A stretch of DNA of 64,000 nt from a bacterium (GTDB lineage: Bacteria > Patescibacteriota > Minisyncoccia > Sungbacterales > HO2-52-23), in NCBI GenBank assembly GCA_030697705.1, contig JAUYPE010000006.1:4686-68685 (forward strand), written 5' to 3'. This document shows, piece by piece, positions 8,873-16,948 of the stretch. The stretch's first letter is position 1; each line of letters opens with the position of its first letter. Under the pieces are notes generated by a model that saw only the letters and a list, made by a program, of their open reading frames with translations, made no database searches and was not told where the DNA came from. Made by a program: the position numbers and the translations under genes.

Positions 8873-10183
8873 ATGGAAAAAATCGTCTCGCTCGCCAAGC
8901 GGCGCGGTTTTATCTTCCCCGGCTCCGAAATCTACGGCGGGCTTGCTGGTACGTGGGACTACGGTCCGCTCGGCGTGGAGCTGAAGAATAATCTTAAGCG
9001 CGAATTTTGGCGCACTCTTGTGTATGACCGCGAAGATACGGTGGGTCTGGACGCCGCGATTATGATGAACCCAAAAGTATGGGAAGGGTCGGGTCATACG
9101 CAAGCGTTTTCCGATCCGTTGGTGGAATGTAAAACATGTCACGAACGCTTTCGCGCCGATCATCCGGAAGAGATTGAGGAGCATGCCGCGGGTCACACAA
9201 AGAAAAAGGAGCCGGTCAGCTGGACGGAACCACGGCAATTTAATTTATTGGTTGAGGCAAAACTCGGTGCGGTTGAGGGCGAAAAAACGACCGTATATCT
9301 GCGGGGCGAAATTACGCAGGGCGTGCATGTGAACTTTAAAAATATTATTGATTCGATGCACCGTAAGTTGCCATTCGGTGTGGTGCAAGTCGGCAAGGCG
9401 TTTCGCAATGAGATTACGCCGGGGAATTTTACCTTTCGTTCCCGCGAGTTTGAGCAAATGGAATTGCAATATTATATGAAGCCGGATGAACGTAGCGCGA
9501 AAGAAGTTTTTGACTATTGGAAAAAAGAACGGATGCGATGGTATGTGTCGCTCGGTATGAATGCAGGGCACCTGCGATTTCGCGAGCATGAAGAAGATGA
9601 AAAAGCGCACTATGCGCGCGCCGCGTGGGATATTGAGTATGAAAGTCCGATCGGCTGGAAAGAGATGGAGGGGATTCATCATCGCGGCGACTGGGATCTG
9701 TCGCGGCATTCACAATTCAGCACGGTTGATCTGACCTACTTTGACGAAGAGATAAAAGAGCGCTATGCACCCTGGGTTATTGAGACATCCGGCGGAGTAG
9801 ATCGTGCCCTTCTCTTCTTTTTGCTTGACGCATACAGTGAGCAAGAGGATAAGGGAAAGATTCGGGTTGTTTTAAAACTTCATCCGAAATTAGCTCCCTG
9901 CAAAGCCGCCGTTTTTCCGCTTGTTGCCAATAAGCCGCAGTTGGTTGAAAAAGCACGTAAAATCTACAGCGATTTAAAAAAACACATGGTCGTCGCATGG
10001 GACGACCGCGGTAATATCGGCAAGCGCTATTATGCACAGGATGAAATCGGCACGCCACACTGCATCACGATTGATTATCAGACGCTTGAAGATGATACCG
10101 TCACCGTCCGTGATCGCGATACAATGAAGCAAGACCGAGTAGTCGTCGAAACATTATCGTCATATCTTGAAAGTAAAGAATAA
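8873..10183 (+). CDS. glyQS: glycyl-tRNA synthetase (dimeric class II, GlyQS type)
   Basis: MEKIVSLAKRRGFIFPGSEIYGGLAGTWDYGPLGVELKNN is a canonical GlyRS N-terminus; class II motifs; the ATG at 8873 fits better than the TTG at 8852. Confidence 0.9.
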   Translation: MEKIVSLAKRRGFIFPGSEIYGGLAGTWDYGPLGVELKNNLKREFWRTLVYDREDTVGLDAAIMMNPKVWEGSGHTQAFSDPLVECKTCHERFRADHPEEIEEHAAGHTKKKEPVSWTEPRQFNLLVEAKLGAVEGEKTTVYLRGEITQGVHVNFKNIIDSMHRKLPFGVVQVGKAFRNEITPGNFTFRSREFEQMELQYYMKPDERSAKEVFDYWKKERMRWYVSLGMNAGHLRFREHEEDEKAHYARAAWDIEYESPIGWKEMEGIHHRGDWDLSRHSQFSTVDLTYFDEEIKERYAPWVIETSGGVDRALLFFLLDAYSEQEDKGKIRVVLKLHPKLAPCKAAVFPLVANKPQLVEKARKIYSDLKKHMVVAWDDRGNIGKRYYAQDEIGTPHCITIDYQTLEDDTVTVRDRDTMKQDRVVVETLSSYLESKE

Positions 10184-10187
10184 CCGC

Positions 10188-10508
10188 ATGATTTTGATTC
10201 TTAAGGAAAATCCTAAACTCGCAGATATTCAGAACTATGTGCGACAAATGGAAAAGGAAAGGGGTTTTAATAGTTCCTCAAACATGCAGACCTGTTTTCA
10301 GCTGGGGGAAGAAATAGGCGAGTTGTTCAAAGCAGTCAGAAAGGCGGAAAAGATGAGAATTGACAGCAACTCGGATGTCACTTCCATTGAAGAGGAGTTG
10401 GCCGATATTTTGATCTATATTTCCGCACTAGCAAATCGCTATCATATTGATTTAGAAAAAGCGTTGCGAGAAAAGGAAGAAATAAATAAGAAAAGAGTTT
10501 GGCAATAA
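10188..10508 (+). CDS. MazG-like nucleotide pyrophosphohydrolase
   Basis: EEIGELFKAVRK...ELADILIYISALANRYHIDLEKA matches the MazG/NTP-PPase EExxE...ELADIL signature. Confidence 0.6.
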   Translation: MILILKENPKLADIQNYVRQMEKERGFNSSSNMQTCFQLGEEIGELFKAVRKAEKMRIDSNSDVTSIEEELADILIYISALANRYHIDLEKALREKEEINKKRVWQ

Positions 10509-10511
10509 CTT

Positions 10512-10540
10512 TATGTTCACCAAAACAAAACTGGAGAATG
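10512..10540. repeat. direct repeat duplicating the 5' end of the M16 peptidase gene (copy 1)
   Basis: tatgttcaccaaaacaaaactggagaatg versus tatgttcaccaaaacaaaactggaaaacg at 11188..11216 (true gene start); together they bracket a MITE + toxin-antitoxin cassette. Confidence 0.7.
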
Positions 10541-10558
10541 ACAATACCCATGTATTCT

Positions 10559-10646
10559 GTCCGTCATCCAGAGCGTAGCGAAGGATCCCGTACGATCTCA
10601 GTATACTGAATACTAGCGGGATTCCTCGTTATACTCGGAATGACGG
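10559..10646. repeat. palindromic MITE-like repeat, copy D (intergenic, full length)
   Basis: gtccgtcatccagagcgtagcgaaggatcccgtacgatctcagtatactgaatactagcgggattcctcgttatactcggaatgacgg; terminal inverted repeats ccgtcatcc / ggaatgacgg; central palindrome tcagtatactga. Confidence 0.75.
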
Positions 10647-10713
10647 GCGGGGGGTCAAATGGGTGAGTCCTAGACGGATTGCGGAGTAACTGATTTTTTG
10701 CTATGATCATCCC

Positions 10714-10917
10714 ATGGAAACTATTGCGGTGCTTGAAGAAACAAAGAACTATATCGTGTTGAAGGTTCCCCGAAGCATGATGCGGCGGATGGATTTTGGT
10801 GCGGAAAAGCTGTCGGAAAGGGCTACCCTGAAGATTCTGCGCGAGGGGATGAGTGAGTATCGGGCGGGGAAGACCAAGACATTACGAAGTTTGCGCGATC
10901 TACGGTATGGAAATTAA
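10714..10917 (+). CDS. putative antitoxin of RelE/ParE toxin-antitoxin pair
   Basis: 67-aa ORF overlapping the downstream toxin start by 11 nt, which is typical type II TA coupling. Confidence 0.5.
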   Translation: METIAVLEETKNYIVLKVPRSMMRRMDFGAEKLSERATLKILREGMSEYRAGKTKTLRSLRDLRYGN

Positions 10918-11173
10918 AGAGATAGAGTACTCGGCACACTTCAAAAGAATGTACGGGCATCTTGGTGCTTTGACGCAGAAAAGGGCGGAACAAAGAGAAG
11001 TGTTGTTCCGGAAAGATCCTTTTGATGCAATACTGAAGACACACAAACTCCACGGTAAATTAAAAGATTTTTATTCTTTTTCAGTTGATAGAAAAACGCG
11101 CATTGTCTTTCGGTTGGTCGGCCGCGCAAAAGCGGTCTTTTTGGATGTGGGGAGTCATGATATTTATCAATAG
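10907..11173 (+). CDS. RelE/ParE-family toxin
   Basis: MEIKEIEYSAHFKRMY...KLHGKLKDFYSFSVDRKTRIVFRL...VFLDVGSHDIY: RelE/ParE fold signature (plasmid stabilisation system toxin). Confidence 0.65.
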   Translation: MEIKEIEYSAHFKRMYGHLGALTQKRAEQREVLFRKDPFDAILKTHKLHGKLKDFYSFSVDRKTRIVFRLVGRAKAVFLDVGSHDIYQ

Positions 11174-11188
11174 GTCTCGCTGAAAACT

Positions 11189-12463
11189 ATGTTCACCAAA
11201 ACAAAACTGGAAAACGGGTTGAGGATTCTTATGGCGCCCATGCAGGGGACGAATACGGTGACGATTTTGGTATTGTGCGGCACCGGCTCCGATTACGAGG
11301 TGCGGGAGCAGGGCGGGATTTCGCACTTTTTGGAACACATGTTTTTTAAGGGTACGAAAAATCGTCCCACGCCCGACGCGATTAAACACGAACTTGACGG
11401 TATGGGCTCGCTCTCCAATGCGTTTACCTCGCATGAATTGACGGGCTATCATATCAAAGCAGCGAAGACGTATTTGGATCAGTCGCTCGACCTCCTCGCG
11501 GATATTTATAAAAACTCAACACTTGCGGGCGAGGAGATAGAACGCGAGCGGCAGGTTATTATTGAGGAGTTGCACAAGGATCGTGATACGCCGACGCTGT
11601 ATATCTGGTGGGTGTGGGAGCATCTGCTCTACGGCGACCAGCCGGCAGGGCTGGATGTCATCGGCGAGGAAAAAATCATTCGCGCGCTCACGCCCGAGGA
11701 CTTCCGGAATTATTTCCACAGTCAGTATGTGGCCGAGAACACGGCGGTCGTGGTGGCGGGTAACTTTGACGAGCGCACAACACTCGCGCGTGTGGGCGAG
11801 CTTTTTGGCGATATGCGCCATGCACCACCCGTGCGGAAAAAGCCGGATGTGGCGCTCGGTCAGTCAGCGCCGCAGGCACATTGTGAGTACAAAGAAACCG
11901 ACCAGACGCATCTTGCCATAGGATTCCACGGCTACGATGCTCTGCATCCGAAGCGGTACGCGGCGGATGTGTTAGCGACCTTACTTGGTGGTTCGTGGAG
12001 CGCGCGGATGTGGGATACGATTCGCGACAAAATGGGTCTTGCCTACACGGTGTGGACGAGCCATGAGTCGTACTCAAACCGCGGATTCTTGACCACCTAT
12101 GCGGGTGTGGATCATAAAAATGTAGAGCAGACAATTCGCGCGGCGCTGGAAGAATACAAAAAAATCCGTGATGAAAAAATCCCCGCAGAAGAACTCAAGC
12201 GCGTCAAGGATTATATTCGCGGAACGACGCTCATCGGGCTTGAGGCGTCTAACGCGGTGGCGAGTTTTGTCGGCTCGGAAGAGATGCTCACGGGGAACCC
12301 CATGACAGTTGAGGAGGTTTTTGCTAAGATAGAAGCGGTAACGCCTGATGATCTGCAGGCGGTGGCACGAGAACTCTTTCGTCCTGAAAAACTGAATCTC
12401 GCCATGATCGGGCCGCAGAAGGACTCGGCTAAGTTCAACGCTCTTCTGAAAGAGTTTTCTTAA
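11189..12463 (+). CDS. M16-family zinc peptidase (insulinase-like)
   Basis: HxxEH zinc motif HFLEHMFFKGT; 424 aa, typical M16 length. Confidence 0.85.
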   Translation: MFTKTKLENGLRILMAPMQGTNTVTILVLCGTGSDYEVREQGGISHFLEHMFFKGTKNRPTPDAIKHELDGMGSLSNAFTSHELTGYHIKAAKTYLDQSLDLLADIYKNSTLAGEEIERERQVIIEELHKDRDTPTLYIWWVWEHLLYGDQPAGLDVIGEEKIIRALTPEDFRNYFHSQYVAENTAVVVAGNFDERTTLARVGELFGDMRHAPPVRKKPDVALGQSAPQAHCEYKETDQTHLAIGFHGYDALHPKRYAADVLATLLGGSWSARMWDTIRDKMGLAYTVWTSHESYSNRGFLTTYAGVDHKNVEQTIRAALEEYKKIRDEKIPAEELKRVKDYIRGTTLIGLEASNAVASFVGSEEMLTGNPMTVEEVFAKIEAVTPDDLQAVARELFRPEKLNLAMIGPQKDSAKFNALLKEFS

Positions 12464-12485
12464 GAAAGGGGAGTATCGTTACGTC

Positions 12486-13529
12486 ATGACCACGTATCAT
12501 GCAAAGCATATAAGCATCTCAACCGGAACAATTATCCGATTTTTTGCCGTGGTCATCGGCATCTTCGCGATATATGCGCTTCTTGATGTGATCGTCGCTC
12601 TGCTTTTTGCCGTCATCTTCGCCTCGGCGCTGGAGCCTGCGGTGCGCTGGCTCAAAGCGTGCGGCATACCGCGAATTCTGGGAACCATTCTCCTCTATCT
12701 TGCTCTTGTGGGGCTTTTATTTCTGGCGGTTTATTTTATCGTTCCGATTCTTTTGGACAGCGTAGATGAGTTTTTTGACAGCTATGCGGATCTCCAGAGG
12801 CTCGTTTTTTCGCAAGTGCGAAGCTCCGGCTTCGTGCCTGATTCACTGCTCTCACCCAAGGACTTGCGCACCGCGCTGAATCTTCCACTTAATTATGTGA
12901 ATACATTTGGTGGGGGCGTGGTGAACTTCATCACTAATGCGTTTGGCGGTATCGTCTCGTTCACGCTTGTGGCGGTACTTTCTTTTTATCTCACCGCGCA
13001 GGAGCGCGGGATTGAGAGTTTTTTGCGGCTGATTACGCCGCTGGCGCAGGAGGAGTATGTTATTAGTCTGTGGAAACGCGCGCAGACAAAGCTCGGGCGA
13101 TGGTTTCGGGCCCAAGTACTTCTGGGCGCCATTGTGGGTATCTGCATCTTCTTCGGCCTTTCATTGCTCGGTATGCAGCAAGTGCTTCTATTCGCTCTTC
13201 TTGCCGGTTTGTTTGAGATCATTCCCGTCGTGGGTCCGATTCTCGCCGCGGTCCCCGCCGTCATCGCCGCGTTTCTGGTCTCACCGGGTCTTGGTTTTTC
13301 GGTTATTGTGCTTTATGTCATTGTTCAACAGACGGAAAGTCATATCATCGTGCCGGTGGTCATGCGCCGTGCCGTCGGTTTAAGTCCGTTGGTGGTCGTC
13401 TTGGCGCTCGTCATCGGGGCGCATTTTGGCGGTATTTTCGGTCTTTTGCTTGCGGTACCTCTGACGGCGATCATCGCCGAGTTTGTGGAGGACTGGGACA
13501 AAAAAAAGCGGGTGATCATGCCCGAGTAA
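12486..13529 (+). CDS. AI-2E family transporter (PerM/UPF0118)
   Basis: 347 aa, about 8 TM helices; conserved GLFEIIPVVGPILAAVP motif region typical of the AI-2E family. Confidence 0.65.
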   Translation: MTTYHAKHISISTGTIIRFFAVVIGIFAIYALLDVIVALLFAVIFASALEPAVRWLKACGIPRILGTILLYLALVGLLFLAVYFIVPILLDSVDEFFDSYADLQRLVFSQVRSSGFVPDSLLSPKDLRTALNLPLNYVNTFGGGVVNFITNAFGGIVSFTLVAVLSFYLTAQERGIESFLRLITPLAQEEYVISLWKRAQTKLGRWFRAQVLLGAIVGICIFFGLSLLGMQQVLLFALLAGLFEIIPVVGPILAAVPAVIAAFLVSPGLGFSVIVLYVIVQQTESHIIVPVVMRRAVGLSPLVVVLALVIGAHFGGIFGLLLAVPLTAIIAEFVEDWDKKKRVIMPE

Positions 13530-13598
13530 CGCGCGATTTGCTCTTCTTAAGAAGTCGCTGTGAAGTTCTTTTTTTTGCATGTTCATCTCTTGATCCAC

Positions 13599-14093
13599 TC
13601 ATCCGACGAGCCACAAAGCGAGTACGAGAATTGCTCCTTGAAAGGGGATACCGATGAACGGGTAAGCGCCGAGGCGGATGTTCGTGTGCATGGTATCATG
13701 GAAGTGTTGCACTGGGCGCAAAAGCTCCGCGCGGCGCGTGTAATACACGCCTTGCAAAAAGTCCGGCAGTGCGCCACCAATAACAGCAAGAAGCACCCAT
13801 GAAAATTCACGGACGGTTGTCGGGTGGGCGAGGGCGAGCACGAGCGTGAGACCGAGGATGCCGTCGCACGCCATGTTTCGTGCATCTTTGAGAAAGTGAG
13901 TGCTGTGAAAATGCCATCGGCGCCCTTCGGCGTTCTTTGCCGCACTGATGGATGAGAGGGGGTAGTCCCAATGGGGAACGGCGTCCGAAAGATAATGTGA
14001 GGCGATAGCGATGCAAAAAATAATGATGGGGTGGGCGTGCATGAACGGCTTGGTCAGTGCTACGGCAATTGCGGCGTGGGTAGTGAGGGTCAT
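13599..14093 (-). CDS. putative membrane-bound metal-dependent hydrolase (YdjM/DUF457-like)
   Basis: Start chosen at MTLTTHAAIAVAL (ATG complement at 14091..14093) to avoid overlap with metG; His-rich N-terminus, GALPDF motif, TM helices; the longer 287-aa ORF is a frame-open extension into metG. Confidence 0.4.
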   Translation of the reverse strand: MTLTTHAAIAVALTKPFMHAHPIIIFCIAIASHYLSDAVPHWDYPLSSISAAKNAEGRRWHFHSTHFLKDARNMACDGILGLTLVLALAHPTTVREFSWVLLAVIGGALPDFLQGVYYTRRAELLRPVQHFHDTMHTNIRLGAYPFIGIPFQGAILVLALWLVG

Positions 14094-14141
14094 ATATATG
14101 ATAGTATAGCGGGGACTTTTGGAAAAAGAAAGTTTTACGAC

Positions 14142-15626
14142 ATGTCTTCTATGAACGAAAAAAATAAAAAGTTTTATCTTACGACCGCCATTCCGTATGT
14201 GAACGCAAAACCACACATCGGTCACGCGCTTGAATTTGTGCAGGCGGATGTTATTGCGCGGGTGCACCGGCTTCGCGGCGAGGAGGTATGTCTGCTGTCG
14301 GGCGGGGACGAGAATGCGCTTAAAAACGTGCAGGCGGCGGAGCAGGAGGGAGCGCCCGTGCAGGAGTTTATTGACCGCAATGCGGAATCGTTTGCCGAAC
14401 TTGCCCGCCAGCTTGATGTGCAGTTTGATGTATTCCAAAAAGGGAGCGACCGCACGCACCATTTTCCTTCAAGCCAGGAGCTTTGGCGGCGATGCGCGGC
14501 GGCAGGAGATATTTATAAAAAATCATACGAGGGATTGTATTGTGTCGGTTGTGAGACGTTTTATGCCGTTGACGAATTGAACGGGAGTGGCGAGTGCTTT
14601 GAGCATCCGGGAAAAAAACTTGAACTTGTCGCCGAGGAAAATTATTTTTTCCGCCTCTCGCGATATCAAAATGAATTAATCAAGTTGATTGAGACGGACG
14701 CGCTGGCGATCATGCCGCGCCATCGCAAAAACGAAGTAACTTCTTTTTTAAAACAACCGTTGCAGGACATCAGTATTTCACGCACGAACGCACGGGCGAA
14801 AAATTGGGGCGTGCCGGTGCCGGGGGACGATACCCAGCGCATTTATGTCTGGTTTGACGCGCTCAACATCTACCAGTCCGGCGTGGGATTCGGATGGGAC
14901 GAGGAGCGATATCAAAAGTGGTGGCCGGCGGATGCGCACCTTATCGGCAAAGGAATCCTGCGTTTTCATGCGGTGTACTGGCCGGCGTTTCTCCTCTCCG
15001 CACAACTGCCGGTGCCCAAGGCGCTGTATGTGCACGGTTATATCACGATTGACGGGCAGAAAATGTCCAAGACGCTTGGCAATGGGATTGACCCTTTTGG
15101 TTTAATTGAAAAATATGGCGCGGATCCGGTGCGCTACTACCTCTTGCGCGAAATTCCCTCGGGCGAGGATGGCGACTTCAGTATTAAAAAGTTTGAGGAG
15201 CGCTATAATGGCGACTTGGCAAACGGACTGGGTAATCTCGTGGCACGCGTGGCAACGCTCGGAGAAAAGATCAGTCCTATCTCCTTAAACGATGTCTATC
15301 CAAAAGAGCAACCACGGACTAAGGTTATAGATGAAGCGTATGAAAAGAGGGTAGCGGAATTTCGTTTGAATGAAGCATTGGAATTGATTTGGGGACTTAT
15401 CTCGTTAGGAGATAAGAATATCAATGATGGAAAACCATGGGCGGTATCCGATGAAGCTGAATTACGCCGTATCATCGGCGATGCGTGCCATCTTATCAGC
15501 ACAGTATCGCGTTTGGTCGCTCCATTTATACCAGAGACGGCAAGAAAGATAAATGAACAAATCAGTGTGGGCGAAATGGAAATTATTATAAAAAGGGGTG
15601 CGAATATTTTTCCACGATTGCGATAA
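14142..15626 (+). CDS. metG: methionyl-tRNA synthetase (short form)
   Basis: LTTAIPYVNAKPHIGHALE (HIGH), zinc knuckle CVGCETF...CFEH, KMSKTLGN; start at MSSMNEKNKKFY. Confidence 0.85.
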   Translation: MSSMNEKNKKFYLTTAIPYVNAKPHIGHALEFVQADVIARVHRLRGEEVCLLSGGDENALKNVQAAEQEGAPVQEFIDRNAESFAELARQLDVQFDVFQKGSDRTHHFPSSQELWRRCAAAGDIYKKSYEGLYCVGCETFYAVDELNGSGECFEHPGKKLELVAEENYFFRLSRYQNELIKLIETDALAIMPRHRKNEVTSFLKQPLQDISISRTNARAKNWGVPVPGDDTQRIYVWFDALNIYQSGVGFGWDEERYQKWWPADAHLIGKGILRFHAVYWPAFLLSAQLPVPKALYVHGYITIDGQKMSKTLGNGIDPFGLIEKYGADPVRYYLLREIPSGEDGDFSIKKFEERYNGDLANGLGNLVARVATLGEKISPISLNDVYPKEQPRTKVIDEAYEKRVAEFRLNEALELIWGLISLGDKNINDGKPWAVSDEAELRRIIGDACHLISTVSRLVAPFIPETARKINEQISVGEMEIIIKRGANIFPRLR

Positions 15627-15630
15627 TATC

Positions 15631-16467
15631 ATGCATTCTCTCCTCTTTGATGTCCACACCCATACCCAGTTTGCCGTGTATAAAGACGATAAAGATGCGG
15701 TTATTCGCCGAGCGCTGGATACTGGTGTGTGGCTGGTGAATGTGGGGACGCAACTAGATACCTCACGCGATGCGATTGCGACGGCGCACGAATATCCGGA
15801 GGGCGTGTATGCGACGGTGGGGCTCCATCCGGTGCATACGGAAAAGTCATTTCACGATACAGAGGAATTAGGTGACGGCGCGGAGGCGAAAAGTTTTACG
15901 AGCCGCGGGGAGGCGTTTGATTACGAGTATTATAAAAAATTGGCGCAGGATGCAAAAGTGGTTGCGATAGGCGAATGCGGACTTGATTATTATCGTTTAA
16001 GTGAAGAAACAAAAAACCGCCAACTTCCGGTGTTTCTCGCGCAGATACAACTTGCGCGCGATGTTCAGAAGCCGCTCATGATTCATTGCCGGGACGCATT
16101 TGGCGATTTGATTGACGTGCTGAAAGCCGAAAAAGAAACCTTACCCGAACGGCGGGGCATTATTCATTTTTTTGCCGGGACGAAAGATGATGCCAAGGTC
16201 TTACTTGATCTTGGTTTCTCGTTCTCATTCGGTGGCGTGCTGACATTTGCGCGCGACTACGACGAGGTGGTACGCTATATTCCGCTATCGCATATCACAG
16301 TTGAGACGGACGCGCCGTATATCACACCCGTTCCCTATCGCGGCAAGCGCAACGAGCCAAGCTATATTACCGAGACGGCAAAAAAGTTGGGAGAAATAAA
16401 AGAGCTACCGTACGAGACGGTAGCCCGAGTTACGACCGAGAATGCGCGAGCGCTTTTTTCCGTGTAG
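15631..16467 (+). CDS. tatD: TatD-family metal-dependent deoxyribonuclease/hydrolase
   Basis: LFDVHTHTQF N-terminal metal-binding motif, ...IGECGLDY..., ...ETDAPY... characteristic of TatD. Confidence 0.8.
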   Translation: MHSLLFDVHTHTQFAVYKDDKDAVIRRALDTGVWLVNVGTQLDTSRDAIATAHEYPEGVYATVGLHPVHTEKSFHDTEELGDGAEAKSFTSRGEAFDYEYYKKLAQDAKVVAIGECGLDYYRLSEETKNRQLPVFLAQIQLARDVQKPLMIHCRDAFGDLIDVLKAEKETLPERRGIIHFFAGTKDDAKVLLDLGFSFSFGGVLTFARDYDEVVRYIPLSHITVETDAPYITPVPYRGKRNEPSYITETAKKLGEIKELPYETVARVTTENARALFSV

Positions 16468-16469
16468 CG

Positions 16470-16874
16470 CTAGCGCGTTGCGGCATGAGGACGGAAAGTG
16501 GTGCGGAGTGTCTTATGGAGCTCGTTAAGGACATCATCAACTTTGCGCATACATGTCCGAAGCGTAGTGTTTGCGAATGAGAATATTATCGCCCATTGCT
16601 CCCATTCAGGCGCTTCCGCGAGTGGCGTGCGTGACCAAATAGCGGTGCACCTGCCTCCCGGCGCAAAGAGTCGTCCCAGGTGTTTGGTAACAACCTCTCC
16701 ATCGTTCCGATGGCTTCTAAGACGAAGAGTAACTTCAGCGATGTGCCGATAATCTTGTGTCACATTTATGGTTATCGGAAAACATTTCTCGCCGAATGAG
16801 AGAGTCCCTCTCATATGATAATGGATGTCGTCCCCTATGGCGACACCCGTTACCTCTCCGAGAATCATTGTCAT
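16470..16874 (-). CDS. hypothetical protein
   Basis: 134-aa ORF filling the tatD-leuS gap on the opposite strand; coding-like composition; no recognisable motif. Confidence 0.3.
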   Translation of the reverse strand: MTMILGEVTGVAIGDDIHYHMRGTLSFGEKCFPITINVTQDYRHIAEVTLRLRSHRNDGEVVTKHLGRLFAPGGRCTAIWSRTPLAEAPEWEQWAIIFSFANTTLRTCMRKVDDVLNELHKTLRTTFRPHAATR

Positions 16875-16948
16875 CAGGAATCTCCTTAGTGTAAAGGTAA
16901 AAATATCCAGTCAGTCTCACTAAAGTATCTAAGCAGTATTTTATCCTA

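Noticed and set aside
13599-14462. 287-aa minus-strand ORF spanning into metG
   Set aside because: Its upstream 120 codons overlap the metG HIGH region on the opposite strand and look antisense. It was trimmed to the internal ATG (MTLTTH..., 13599..14093), which gives a coherent membrane protein.
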